Below, one piece after another: positions 56,180 through 64,000 of a stretch of 64,000 nucleotides of DNA. Numbering within the stretch: position 1 is the first letter of the stretch; each line of letters starts with the position of its first letter. The notes under the pieces are model-generated. The model worked only from the letters and a program-made list of their open reading frames with translations, did no database searches and was not told the DNA's origin. The position numbers and the translations under genes were made by a program. Origin of the DNA: an uncultured Clostridia bacterium (lineage in GTDB: Bacteria > Bacillota > Clostridia > Christensenellales > CAG-138); the NCBI GenBank assembly GCA_946185305.1, contig CAMHJE010000002.1, positions 9,263 to 73,262 of the forward strand. The letters are read 5' to 3'.

Positions 56180-56347
56180 CCATTCTCCTTTTCTGCGTTT
56201 TGTCGATAGTATGCGCCGGAAAAGGGAAATGTTGCGCCATCGCGCGTGACAGTTTTTGACATGCAACGTTCCATCTTTTTATTGGAAGTTTTTCGTTCTC
56301 GCACGCCGTCCCTTGCCATTTTTTGCGGTTCATGGTATGATACGGAT

Positions 56348-57142
56348 ATGAGAGCAAGCAAAGAATGGATTGTTGCGGCGCTAGCCGAAATCGAACATAC
56401 GCCGAACCGCGCCCTCGGGCAGAACTTCTGCATCGACGGGGCGCGGCTGCAGCGGTGCGTGGAGGCGCTCGGCCTTGCGGGCGAGCCGATCACGGAGATC
56501 GGGCCGGGGCTCGGCGGGCTGACCGAGCTGCTGCTGCCTTTCGGCCCCGTGACCGCCGTTGAAAAGGACCCGGCGATGGTCGAATACCTGTCTGCGTCGA
56601 TGCCGGACGAACGGCTGACCGTCGTGCAGGGCGACGCGCTGCGCTGTCGCTTCGGCGAGGTGCGGCCGTTTTCGGTCGTCGGCAATCTGCCGTACTACAT
56701 CACCACGTCGATTGCCGAGCGCGTTCTGCTCGCGCGGCCGCGCGTGTTCGGCTGCATGGTGCAGAAGGAGGCCGCGGATCGGTTCTTTGCCGTGCCGAAA
56801 GCCGACAACTACGGCCCGCTTTCGGTGATCACGCAGCTGTATTACGACGGCGGCGTTTTGGAAACGTTCGGCGAGGATTGTTTTTATCCGTCGCCCAACG
56901 TCCAGTCGGTCTTTGTCGGGCTTACGGAAAAGCCGGATGCGCCCGCCCTGCCGGTCGAAAAGGTCTTTGCCGCCGTCCGCGCGTGCCTTTTGATGCGGCG
57001 CAAGACGCTGAAAAACAATCTCAAGGCCGTCCCGCACGGGCTCGACGCACTCGCGGCGCTCGGCATCCCGCCCGAAACGCGCGGCGAAACGCTGACGCCC
57101 GCGCAATTTCTGGCCTTTGCGCAACAATTGGAGGAGTTATGA
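56348..57142 (+). CDS. rsmA: 16S rRNA (adenine1518/1519-N6)-dimethyltransferase
   Basis: ALGQNFCID, EIGPGLGGLT (SAM motif), VVGNLPYYITT motifs. Start at the internal ATG 56348. Confidence 0.9.
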   Translation: MRASKEWIVAALAEIEHTPNRALGQNFCIDGARLQRCVEALGLAGEPITEIGPGLGGLTELLLPFGPVTAVEKDPAMVEYLSASMPDERLTVVQGDALRCRFGEVRPFSVVGNLPYYITTSIAERVLLARPRVFGCMVQKEAADRFFAVPKADNYGPLSVITQLYYDGGVLETFGEDCFYPSPNVQSVFVGLTEKPDAPALPVEKVFAAVRACLLMRRKTLKNNLKAVPHGLDALAALGIPPETRGETLTPAQFLAFAQQLEEL

Positions 57143-57567
57143 ACGAAACCGCTTTGCCGTCCCTCGACGAATTGACGCTGCACGATCTGCAGCCCTCGCA
57201 GTTTTATGTCTCCGAGGATAAGTATAACGCCGTCCTACGTTGGTTCGACCCAAATGATCTGTCGGGCTTCGAGCCGATCCCGCTGAAAGTATTGGACGGC
57301 GTGGTCATCATGCTCGACGGGCATACCCGCGCCGTCGCCGCGCTGAATGCGGGGCTTGTGCGTGTCCCGCTGCTTTGGGAACCGGAGGAATGGGACTGGG
57401 AAATGTACCGCCGGTGCGTCCGAGAATGTCGCCTGCGCGACGTATTCACGCCCGCCGACCTTGTTCCGCGCGTGATCCCCGCCGAGGAATACTGGCAAAA
57501 ATGGGACGCGTGGTGCGACCGGATGCAGGCCGAGGTGCAGCGGGAGCGAGACGAAAAGAACGAATAA
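57139..57567 (+). CDS. ParB/sulfiredoxin-fold-like small protein
   Basis: ATGA overlap with the rsmA stop. LQPSQFYVSEDK...IMLDGHTRAVAA resembles the ParB N-domain/Srx DGHHR-type motif. Confidence 0.4.
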   Translation: MNETALPSLDELTLHDLQPSQFYVSEDKYNAVLRWFDPNDLSGFEPIPLKVLDGVVIMLDGHTRAVAALNAGLVRVPLLWEPEEWDWEMYRRCVRECRLRDVFTPADLVPRVIPAEEYWQKWDAWCDRMQAEVQRERDEKNE

Positions 57568-57575
57568 CCAAAATG

Positions 57576-57616
57576 CAAAACGAGCCGGAGAACCGGCTCG
57601 TCGTTTTGTGTTTTTT
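57576..57616. terminator. bidirectional Rho-independent terminator
   Basis: aaaacgagccgg-agaa-ccggctcgtcgttttgtgtttttt, lying between the convergent ParB-like gene and rex. Confidence 0.75.
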
Positions 57617-58220
57617 ATCTTGCCACCATCTTGACATGCGCCAGCGACAGCGCAAGGTTCTCCTGCAGTAAAAATACGGATTCGGGAACCGTGACCGGCG
57701 AAAAGCTCCAGATCGCGGTGATGCCGTTTTCGACCATTAGATCCGCGACGCTCTGCGCCGCGCTGCCGGGAACGGTGATGATGCCGATTTTTATGCCGTT
57801 TTCGCGGCAATAATCCGCAAACCGATCCATCGGATAGATCGGCTTGTCGCCTGCGTCGGGATCGGGCTTTAGATCGAAGCCCGCCGCGATATCGACGCCG
57901 AAGATCAAAAAGCCGCGATAGTTCAGCAGCGCCTTGCCGAGCTTGCCGGTGCCGACAAGCACCGCCTTGGTCGGGTTATGCGCACCGAGCAGAACCTCGA
58001 TGCGCTCGATCAGCTGCGAGGTCTGATAGCCGATGCGCGGCCGTCCGTCGCCCGACGCTGCATGCAGGTCTTTACGCACCTGCACCTCGCCGATGCCGAG
58101 ATCGTGCGCAATCGTCGTCGAAGAAATAAAATCCTCTTCGCCGTGCGGCTGCGCGCGCAGATAGCTCAAATACTTCGGCAATCGACCAAGCGTCTGCTTG
58201 GGCAGCGACTTTTGCTCCAT
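57615..58220 (-). CDS. rex: redox-sensing transcriptional repressor Rex
   Basis: TLGRLPKYLSYLR winged-helix N-terminus. Rossmann VLVGTGKLGKALLNY. Confidence 0.9.
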   Translation of the reverse strand: MEQKSLPKQTLGRLPKYLSYLRAQPHGEEDFISSTTIAHDLGIGEVQVRKDLHAASGDGRPRIGYQTSQLIERIEVLLGAHNPTKAVLVGTGKLGKALLNYRGFLIFGVDIAAGFDLKPDPDAGDKPIYPMDRFADYCRENGIKIGIITVPGSAAQSVADLMVENGITAIWSFSPVTVPESVFLLQENLALSLAHVKMVAR

Positions 58221-58357
58221 AGTGCCTCCTCACTTGCGTGACCGATACGGTTTTATGCTGTCTGCATTATACCACACCCGCCGCGCCCTCGGCAAGGTCA
58301 AAACCCGCATATCCATCATATTTTATCGATATAACTTATCGAATCCGCCGCGTTCGG

Positions 58358-58389
58358 GAATAAAAGAAGCAGACGCGTCACACGTCTGC
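58358..58389 (-). terminator. Rho-independent terminator after LysR gene
   Basis: Stem gcagacg / cgtctgc (58369-58375 / 58383-58389), followed on the minus strand by TTCTTTTATT. Confidence 0.55.
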
Positions 58390-58406
58390 CATTCTGTCAT
58401 GCGGTT

Positions 58407-59339
58407 TTACCCCTCATACGGCACATACTTATCCCGCGCGGCTTCGAGCTCCGCGATGAAGCGCAGGTCGAGGTCGGTGAAGCGATAATTGGTCTTGGCG
58501 ATCAGCACGTCGCGGTGGATGCGCGTATTGTCCTTGCAGACGCGCTCGACAAGGCCGAAGCGGTCGAGCGTGGTCTGCGGCACCGGCGAGACCCACATAA
58601 ACGTATCGTGGTTCTCTGACAGCAGATCATACTGGCTGCCGCGCTCGAACACGAAGATGCGGCGCTCGATCTCCGGGTTCAGCAGGTTCTTTCGAAGCTC
58701 CGTGACCGGCAGGGACGGCACATACGGATCGGCGTGCGCGATCTCGATGTAGGGCGAAAGGTCCGCGCGATGGATCGTTTTCTTGCTCGCAAGCGGATGA
58801 TCCTTGTGCATCAAAAGGTGGTAGGAAAACTCGGTGACGGTTTCGGCGGTCAGGCCCTTCTCGGGGAGCATGGCCTCGAAATACCGGTCATACTCGGTAG
58901 AATACCGGATGATGCCGAGCCGGTAATCGGAACGCAGGATGTTTTCGATGGCGCGATTGGAGTTTGTCTCCATATAGAAAATCTCGGCGGCGTCGGGGCC
59001 GATGTCGTTGGAGAACCGCGCGAACGCCTCGGCAATATAGCTCGCGCGCGGAACGGAGATCGAAAAACGCTGCTTTTTCACCGTGCCGTCGCGGTAGATC
59101 GCTTCGATCTCGTCGATCTCTGCCAGAATCTTGCGCGCATAGGTCAAAAACTGCTCGCCGTCCGCAGTCGGCACCATGCCGCGTGCCGAGCGGTCGAAAA
59201 TGATGATGCCGAGCGAGCTTTCCAGCTCCTTGATCGCGCGGGACAGGTTCGGCTGCCCCATATACAGCGATTCGGCGGCTTTGTTGATCGAACCCGCGTC
59301 CGCGACCTCGACGGCGTATTTCAGATGCAGTATGTTCAT
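58407..59339 (-). CDS. LysR family transcriptional regulator
   Basis: MNILHLKYAVEVADAGSINKAAESLYMGQPNLSRAIKELE HTH, plus a substrate-binding domain. Start at ATG 59339. Confidence 0.85.
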   Translation of the reverse strand: MNILHLKYAVEVADAGSINKAAESLYMGQPNLSRAIKELESSLGIIIFDRSARGMVPTADGEQFLTYARKILAEIDEIEAIYRDGTVKKQRFSISVPRASYIAEAFARFSNDIGPDAAEIFYMETNSNRAIENILRSDYRLGIIRYSTEYDRYFEAMLPEKGLTAETVTEFSYHLLMHKDHPLASKKTIHRADLSPYIEIAHADPYVPSLPVTELRKNLLNPEIERRIFVFERGSQYDLLSENHDTFMWVSPVPQTTLDRFGLVERVCKDNTRIHRDVLIAKTNYRFTDLDLRFIAELEAARDKYVPYEG

Positions 59340-59368
59340 GGCGGTTCCTTTCGGGGGCTGGGACTTAC

Positions 59369-59406
59369 TGTTTTTCCTCTTTTCTTTCATGGAGAAGAAA
59401 AGAGGA
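59369..59406. repeat. 15-bp perfect inverted repeat of homopyrimidine/homopurine arms
   Basis: ttttcctcttttctt - tcatggag - aagaaaagaggaaaa, 30 nt upstream of the LysR start codon. Confidence 0.85.
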
Positions 59407-59535
59407 AAAGAGAAAAGAAAGCAGAATTATGTCGTCGAACGTGCGGAAACATCCCGAAAAGGAGGCAACCCCTTCCTTGGCTTCTTTTCGGTTCCTTTTC
59501 TTCTTCACAGAAGAAACGGAATATCTCCCTCCGTC

Positions 59536-61275
59536 TTACAGTCTCTCCGGCACCTTGGCGTTGATCGCGCTCGTCAGCTCGGCGATCTTAGCGAACACCT
59601 CGGACACGGCGAACTGCGGGTCGATATCCTCGCGGAACGACTTGTCGCGTGCGGAAAGCTCGAAGCACCCGCGGGACAGCGTCTTGGGGCTGACGACCAC
59701 GCGAAGCGGGCAGCCGAGCAGGTCCGCGTCGGAAAACAGCACGCCTGCGGAAACCGGACGGTCGTCGTAGATCACCTCGATGCCCGCATCGGTCAGTGCC
59801 TTATAGAGATTGTCGGCAGCTTCGCGCACCTGCGGGTTATCCACGCGCAGCGCGCAGACCTCGACCTGCCACGGCGCAATCGTGATCGGCCAGATCGGGC
59901 CGTAATCGTCGTGCCGCACCTCGCAGACCGACGCGATCAAGCGTCCCACGCCGATGCCGTAGCAGCCCATGATCGGGTTCACGCGGTTGCCGTTCGCGTC
60001 GTCGAACGTCATGCCCATCGCTTCGGTGTAGCGTTTGCCGAGCTGGAAGATATTGCCGACCTCGATGCCGCGGCTGATCTTTAAGCTGTGCTTATGGCAC
60101 GCCGGACATTCAAAGCCGTCCTGCGTCTTACTGAGGTCGAGATATTCGGTGTTTTCCGGCAGATCGCGCGCGGGCGTGAAGCCGGTGTAGTGGTATTCGG
60201 CCTTGTTCGCGCCGCAAACCAGGTTCTGCGCGTCCTTGATCGACCGGTCGAACAGCACCGTCGCGGGCGTTTCGAGGTTGACCGGACCGATATTGCCTGC
60301 GGCAAGGTTCGCCGCGTCGATATCGACGGCGGGATGAATCTCCGCCTTGAGGTAGTTGGTCAGCTTCGTTTCGTTGATTTCGAGATCGCCGCGCGTGAAG
60401 ATCAGCACATAGCTGTCGTCCAAGTTGCGCTGATACACGACCGCCTTGCAGGAATTTTTCGCGTCGCTCTTCAGCAGGTCGCAGACCTCCTCGATGGTCT
60501 TGGCTTCGCCGGTAAAGACCTCTGTGAGCGGGAGCAGCGTTTCGTCCTTCGCGTTATCAACGAGCGTTTCCGCCGCCTCCATGTTCGCGCGATAGCCGCA
60601 TTCCGGGCAAATGACGATGGAATCCTCGCCGATATCGCAGAGCAGCATGAATTCGTGGCTGACCTTGCCGCCCATCATGCCGGAATCGGACTTGACCGCC
60701 ACAACCTCCGGAACGCCTGCGCGGGCATAGATGCGCTCATAGGCGCGATAGGCGCGCTCATAGTACGCTTCCAGATCCGCCTGCGAGGTATGGAACGAAT
60801 ACGCGTCCTTCATCGTAAATTCGCGGACGCGGATCAGACCGCCGCGGGCGCGGGGCTCATCGCGGAACTTGGTCTGGATCTGATAGATCATGAACGGATA
60901 CTTCTGATATGTGCCCGCCACGTTCATCGCCATGTGCACCGCGGCTTCCTCGTGCGTCATGCCGAGCACCATATCCGCACCGCTGCGATCCTTGAACCGG
61001 AGCAGCTCCTTGCCGATGGATTCCCAGCGGCCGGAGGACTGCCAAAGCGTTGCCGGCATGACGACCGGGAACAGCACCTCCTGCCCGTCGATCGCGTCCA
61101 TTTCCTCGCGCAGGATCTGCTCGATCTTGTTTTGGATGCGTTTGGTCGGTGTGAACAGCGAATAGATGCCGTTGCCGACGAGCTTCATATAACCGCCGCG
61201 CGTCATGAGATTCTGACTTTCGATCTCAAACGCGCGTTCCTTGAATCGTTCTCCGAGTAATTGACTGACTTTCAT
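59536..61275 (-). CDS. proS: proline--tRNA ligase (bacterial type with editing INS domain)
   Basis: 579 aa. MKVSQLLG...RGGYMKLVGNGIYSLF N-terminus, class II motifs (FRDEPRARGGLIRVREF), and a central insertion domain. Confidence 0.9.
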   Translation of the reverse strand: MKVSQLLGERFKERAFEIESQNLMTRGGYMKLVGNGIYSLFTPTKRIQNKIEQILREEMDAIDGQEVLFPVVMPATLWQSSGRWESIGKELLRFKDRSGADMVLGMTHEEAAVHMAMNVAGTYQKYPFMIYQIQTKFRDEPRARGGLIRVREFTMKDAYSFHTSQADLEAYYERAYRAYERIYARAGVPEVVAVKSDSGMMGGKVSHEFMLLCDIGEDSIVICPECGYRANMEAAETLVDNAKDETLLPLTEVFTGEAKTIEEVCDLLKSDAKNSCKAVVYQRNLDDSYVLIFTRGDLEINETKLTNYLKAEIHPAVDIDAANLAAGNIGPVNLETPATVLFDRSIKDAQNLVCGANKAEYHYTGFTPARDLPENTEYLDLSKTQDGFECPACHKHSLKISRGIEVGNIFQLGKRYTEAMGMTFDDANGNRVNPIMGCYGIGVGRLIASVCEVRHDDYGPIWPITIAPWQVEVCALRVDNPQVREAADNLYKALTDAGIEVIYDDRPVSAGVLFSDADLLGCPLRVVVSPKTLSRGCFELSARDKSFREDIDPQFAVSEVFAKIAELTSAINAKVPERL

Positions 61276-61382
61276 AAGCCACCTCCGTTTGTACTGCCCC
61301 TATTTTACCGAAAAACCGTCCCGCTTGCAAGCCCCGCGCGCGACTTTGCACACGGTTTTTTCATGTCTGCAGGGCGTTTTTC

Positions 61383-61417
61383 ATAAAAGAAAAAGCCCCG
61401 CGCTTTGCGCACGGAGC
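61383..61417 (-). terminator. probable terminator after CHAP-like gene
   Basis: GC-rich imperfect stem ccgtgcgc-aaa-gcgcgggg on the minus strand, followed by CTTTTTCTTTTAT. Confidence 0.4.
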
Positions 61418-61426
61418 CAAACCCTT

Positions 61427-62086
61427 TCATGCAAACCAAATCACGCCGTCCAGCTTGTATTTTTTGTACTGCTCGCAGAACACGGCGATGGAGCAGACGA
61501 TCGGTTCGCCCTCCTCATAGCGCACGTCCTCCACGGTCTGCGCATAGCTGTCCGAAAAATAAACCTCGCCGTTTTCAATGCCGTGGATCAGCAGCACATG
61601 GCCGTACTTCTTGCCCGCCGAGCTTGTACCCTTTTGAAAGCCGACCATGATATAGCGCGCATGGGGATTCTCCGCTTCGATGGCGAGCAGCGCCTCCTCC
61701 AGCGAATACTGCTTTGCGCCATAGGCATGGATCGTATAGCCGCCGTCGGTCGTTTCCTTGCGGCAATACACATCGTACGCCTTGTTGCCGTTGCAGCCGA
61801 TATAGGACTTGTTGATGCCGAGCAGCACCAGCTGCCGGTTCACATACGCCGCGCACCGGCCCTTGAACGTCTTGACCTTTGACTTGGCCTTGGCCGCCGT
61901 GTAGGTGGACGCGATCTGTTCGGTCAGCATATCGTTTTGCACAGGCCCTTTTGCGGTTTGTGAGGCCTTGGCAGCCGTCGTTTTCACAAGCTGCTCGGGC
62001 AGCTCGTCTGCGGCCGCCGTCGGCAGCAGCGCCATAGCAGCGCACAGCAGCATCAGCAGGGCCGTCAGCTTCCGTCTCCGCTTCAT
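61427..62086 (-). CDS. secreted hypothetical protein with CHAP/papain-like Cys...His arrangement
   Basis: Signal peptide MKRRRKLTALLMLLCAAMALLPTAAA. FKGRCAAYVNRQL (candidate Cys) and KYGHVLLIHGIENGEVYF (candidate His). Confidence 0.35.
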   Translation of the reverse strand: MKRRRKLTALLMLLCAAMALLPTAAADELPEQLVKTTAAKASQTAKGPVQNDMLTEQIASTYTAAKAKSKVKTFKGRCAAYVNRQLVLLGINKSYIGCNGNKAYDVYCRKETTDGGYTIHAYGAKQYSLEEALLAIEAENPHARYIMVGFQKGTSSAGKKYGHVLLIHGIENGEVYFSDSYAQTVEDVRYEEGEPIVCSIAVFCEQYKKYKLDGVIWFA

Positions 62087-62452
62087 ACGATCACCTCCGT
62101 GGTTCGGTCATCGTATCACAGCCAAAAGGCGGGCGTCCCGCTTTTCGATGTTTCTTCAAAATGAGTTTTCAAAATATCCGATTCCGCTCTCGGAAAAGTC
62201 CCAACCCCTTTTCTTTTTCATACTTTGTACATAATCCGGGACGCGCGCCGTAAATTTGTATATAAACCGGGAAAATGCCTTGACTTTTACCGGCCGCGGT
62301 GCTACATTTTATCCATACGTTTTACCCATCGTGACGGAAGGGAGACCCCTTATGCGAAGCCTTCGCAGCGGCAGCTATACCGGCTTTACGGCCTGCGCCT
62401 TTGCATGCCGCTATTGCCGCGCCTGCTGACCGTTCCGCTCACGCTGTTTCTT

Positions 62453-62485
62453 TGGCGGCTCCGCGGACGGAGCCGTCGTTTTTTA
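62453..62485 (+). terminator. Rho-independent terminator-like hairpin in the aroB leader (candidate attenuator)
   Basis: Perfect stem cggctccg / cggagccg (62456-62463 / 62468-62475) with loop cgga, followed by tcgTTTTTT. 26 nt upstream of the aroB ATG. No + strand gene lies upstream. Confidence 0.55.
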
Positions 62486-62510
62486 TCGGTACACAAAAAA
62501 GGAGAGCCCC

Positions 62511-63521
62511 ATGCAAATACCCGTTCGGCTGAAGGAGCACAGTTATCCGATTTTCATAGAGCGCGGCGCGCTGCAAGCGGTCGGGACGCACTTTGCCTTA
62601 GACCGCAAGGCGCTTGTCCTGACCGACGACGGCGTACCTCCCCAATACGCCGAGGCCGTTGCCGCCGCGTGCCAAACGCCGGTTGTGATGACCGTTCCGC
62701 AGGGCGAGGGCAGCAAGAGCTTTGCCGTGCTCGAACGCATATTGGATCGAATGCTCGAGGCGGGCTTTTCCCGCAGGGACTGCGTTGTGACCGTGGGCGG
62801 CGGGGTCGTTTCCGATCTCGGCGGGTTTGCGGCGTCGGTGTACATGCGCGGGATCGACTGCTATGCGGTATCGACGACGGTGCTGTCCTCGGTGGACGCG
62901 TCGGTCGGCGGCAAGACCGCGATCAATTTTGCGGGGATCAAGAACGTGATCGGTGCGTTCAAGCAGCCGAAGGGCGTGCTGATCGACCCCGACACGCTGA
63001 AAACGCTTCCCGCGCGGCAGGTTCATAACGGCCTTGCCGAAGCCGTGAAGATGGCGCTGACCTCGGACGCGAAGCTGTTTTCGATGTTCGAGAACGGCGA
63101 TCCGGAAAAGGACATCGACGAGGTGATCGCCCGCGCCGTTATGATCAAGCGCGACGTGGTCGAGCGCGACGAAACCGAGCAGAACCTGCGGCGGATCCTG
63201 AACTTCGGACACACCATCGGCCACGGCATCGAAAGCGCGGCAAGCGGCGCGCTGTACCACGGCGAGTGCGTCGCCGTCGGAATGCTGCCGATGTGCAGCG
63301 AGCCGGTACGGGCAAGGCTCTTGCCGGTGCTGAAAAAGCTCGGCCTGCCGACACATGCGGCGCTCGATCCCAAAGATGTCTATGCCGCGCTGACGCATGA
63401 TAAAAAAGCAAACGCCGACCGTGTGGCGGTCGTGCGCGTGGACGAGATCGGCTCCTGCCGCATCGAAACGGTGCCGCTTGCGTCGCTCCGTCCGTTGATC
63501 GAATCGGTCGTTACCCGGTAA
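62511..63521 (+). CDS. aroB: 3-dehydroquinate synthase
   Basis: VGGGVVSDLGGFAASVYMRGI..., DASVGGKTAIN, and NFGHTIGHGIE...HGECVAVGM metal-binding motifs. GGAGAG RBS. Confidence 0.9.
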   Translation: MQIPVRLKEHSYPIFIERGALQAVGTHFALDRKALVLTDDGVPPQYAEAVAAACQTPVVMTVPQGEGSKSFAVLERILDRMLEAGFSRRDCVVTVGGGVVSDLGGFAASVYMRGIDCYAVSTTVLSSVDASVGGKTAINFAGIKNVIGAFKQPKGVLIDPDTLKTLPARQVHNGLAEAVKMALTSDAKLFSMFENGDPEKDIDEVIARAVMIKRDVVERDETEQNLRRILNFGHTIGHGIESAASGALYHGECVAVGMLPMCSEPVRARLLPVLKKLGLPTHAALDPKDVYAALTHDKKANADRVAVVRVDEIGSCRIETVPLASLRPLIESVVTR

Positions 63522-63531
63522 GGAGGTTCCC

Positions 63532-64000
63532 ATGAAAAACACCTACGGCAGCACCGTCACCGTAACGCTGTTCGGCGAAAGCCACGGCGCCATGATCGGC
63601 GCGGTGCTCGACGGGCTTTGCCCCGGCATCCCGGTGGACGAGGCTGCAATCAAAGCGGCGCTCGACCTGCGCCGTCCTTACGGCAAAATCTCGACCGCTC
63701 GCCGCGAGGCCGACGAATTTTCCATTGTCTCCGGCGTGTTCGAGGGCAAAACGACCGGGACGCCGCTGTGCATTCTGATTCCGAACACGAACGTCAACAG
63801 CGGCGACTATGATCGGCTGCGCGCCGTGGCGCGCCCCGGTCATGCCGACTATACGGCCTACGCAAAATATCACGGCTTTTCCGACCCGCGCGGCGGCGGA
63901 CATTTTTCCGGTCGGCTGACGGCGCCGCTCGTTGCGGCGGGCGCGATCGCGCAGACGATGCTTGCCGCAAAGAACATAACCCTCGGCACGCATATCGCGC
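63532..64000 (+). CDS. aroC: chorismate synthase, N-terminal part (3' end outside window)
   Basis: MKNTYGSTVTVTLFGESHGAMIGAVLDG...RRPYGKISTARREADEF.I.SGVFEGKTTGTPL, the AroC signature. AAGGAGG RBS. The frame is open to the window end, which is why it is not in the ORF track. Confidence 0.85.
   Translation, partial: MKNTYGSTVTVTLFGESHGAMIGAVLDGLCPGIPVDEAAIKAALDLRRPYGKISTARREADEFSIVSGVFEGKTTGTPLCILIPNTNVNSGDYDRLRAVARPGHADYTAYAKYHGFSDPRGGGHFSGRLTAPLVAAGAIAQTMLAAKNITLGTHIA

Noticed and set aside
58221-58406. Rex operator (TTGTGAA-N6-TTCACAA) near rex, and also upstream of the flavodiiron gene.
   Set aside because: I scanned both regions by eye and found no acceptable match. I cannot exclude degenerate sites without a matrix search.
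61276-61426. T-box leader upstream of proS.
   Set aside because: - Only about 150 nt are available, and part of that is the terminator of the upstream gene.
- I found no AGGGTGGNACCGCG-like T-box sequence and no specifier-loop architecture.
62225-63028. 267-aa + strand ORF overlapping the aroB start.
   Set aside because: It is in a different frame from the clearly motif-bearing aroB and has an Arg-rich low-complexity translation. It is best explained as a chance ORF.

Overview
High-GC, Clostridia-like chromosomal window with about 55 protein genes. I saw no rRNA, tRNA or CRISPR array. All domain calls come from reading motifs by eye in the supplied translations. No homology search or numeric composition analysis was run. 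Where an ATG with a good GGAGG-type RBS lies inside a longer track ORF, I trimmed the start to it.

Most of the window is housekeeping:
- MATE pump, multidomain flavodiiron protein and M23 peptidase (0.3-5.2 kb).
- mscS, asnA, a tetR-fakA-fakB(degV)-GNAT-plsX lipid operon, and an OmpR/HK two-component system with two lipoproteins (21-37.5 kb).
- glgB-glgC-glgD-glgA plus an adenylation-carrier didomain gene (37.5-45.3 kb).
- pth-mfd-prsA-like genes, CIRCE-controlled clpB, rsmA, rex, a LysR regulator, proS and aroB-aroC (45.5-64 kb).

The segment from about 5.2 to 21.2 kb looks accessory.
- A visibly AT-richer mobile-element module sits at about 5.3-9.8 kb. It holds a large serine recombinase, a TnpW-like gene, a MobC-like RHH gene, a cluster of inverted repeats and a DUF6076-like zinc-ribbon protein.
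- Next to it, convergently transcribed, is a tightly packed six-gene minus-strand operon (9,844-20,791). It encodes three paralogous single-pass membrane proteins with a cytoplasmic N-terminal TIR(-like) domain and an extracellular leucine-rich-repeat ectodomain of very different lengths. These are followed by a HEAT-like helical-repeat protein, an HD phosphohydrolase fused to tandem RyR domains, and a SLOG-like Rossmann domain fused to two SLATT-type 2TM modules.
- I read this operon as a candidate undescribed TIR-signalling system: receptor-like TIR sensors, a SLOG nucleotide receptor and a membrane effector. It is Thoeris-like in logic but has an outward-facing, Toll-like-receptor-style sensor layer. 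It is the main finding.

Secondary observations:
- a near-identical tandem rubredoxin duplication;
- a pair of hairpin repeats bracketing a non-coding stretch;
- orphan terminators in the island-flanking intergenic region;
- a putative leader peptide and attenuator ahead of aroB;
- an A-T didomain gene translationally coupled to glgA;
- a 15-bp purine/pyrimidine palindrome upstream of the LysR gene.
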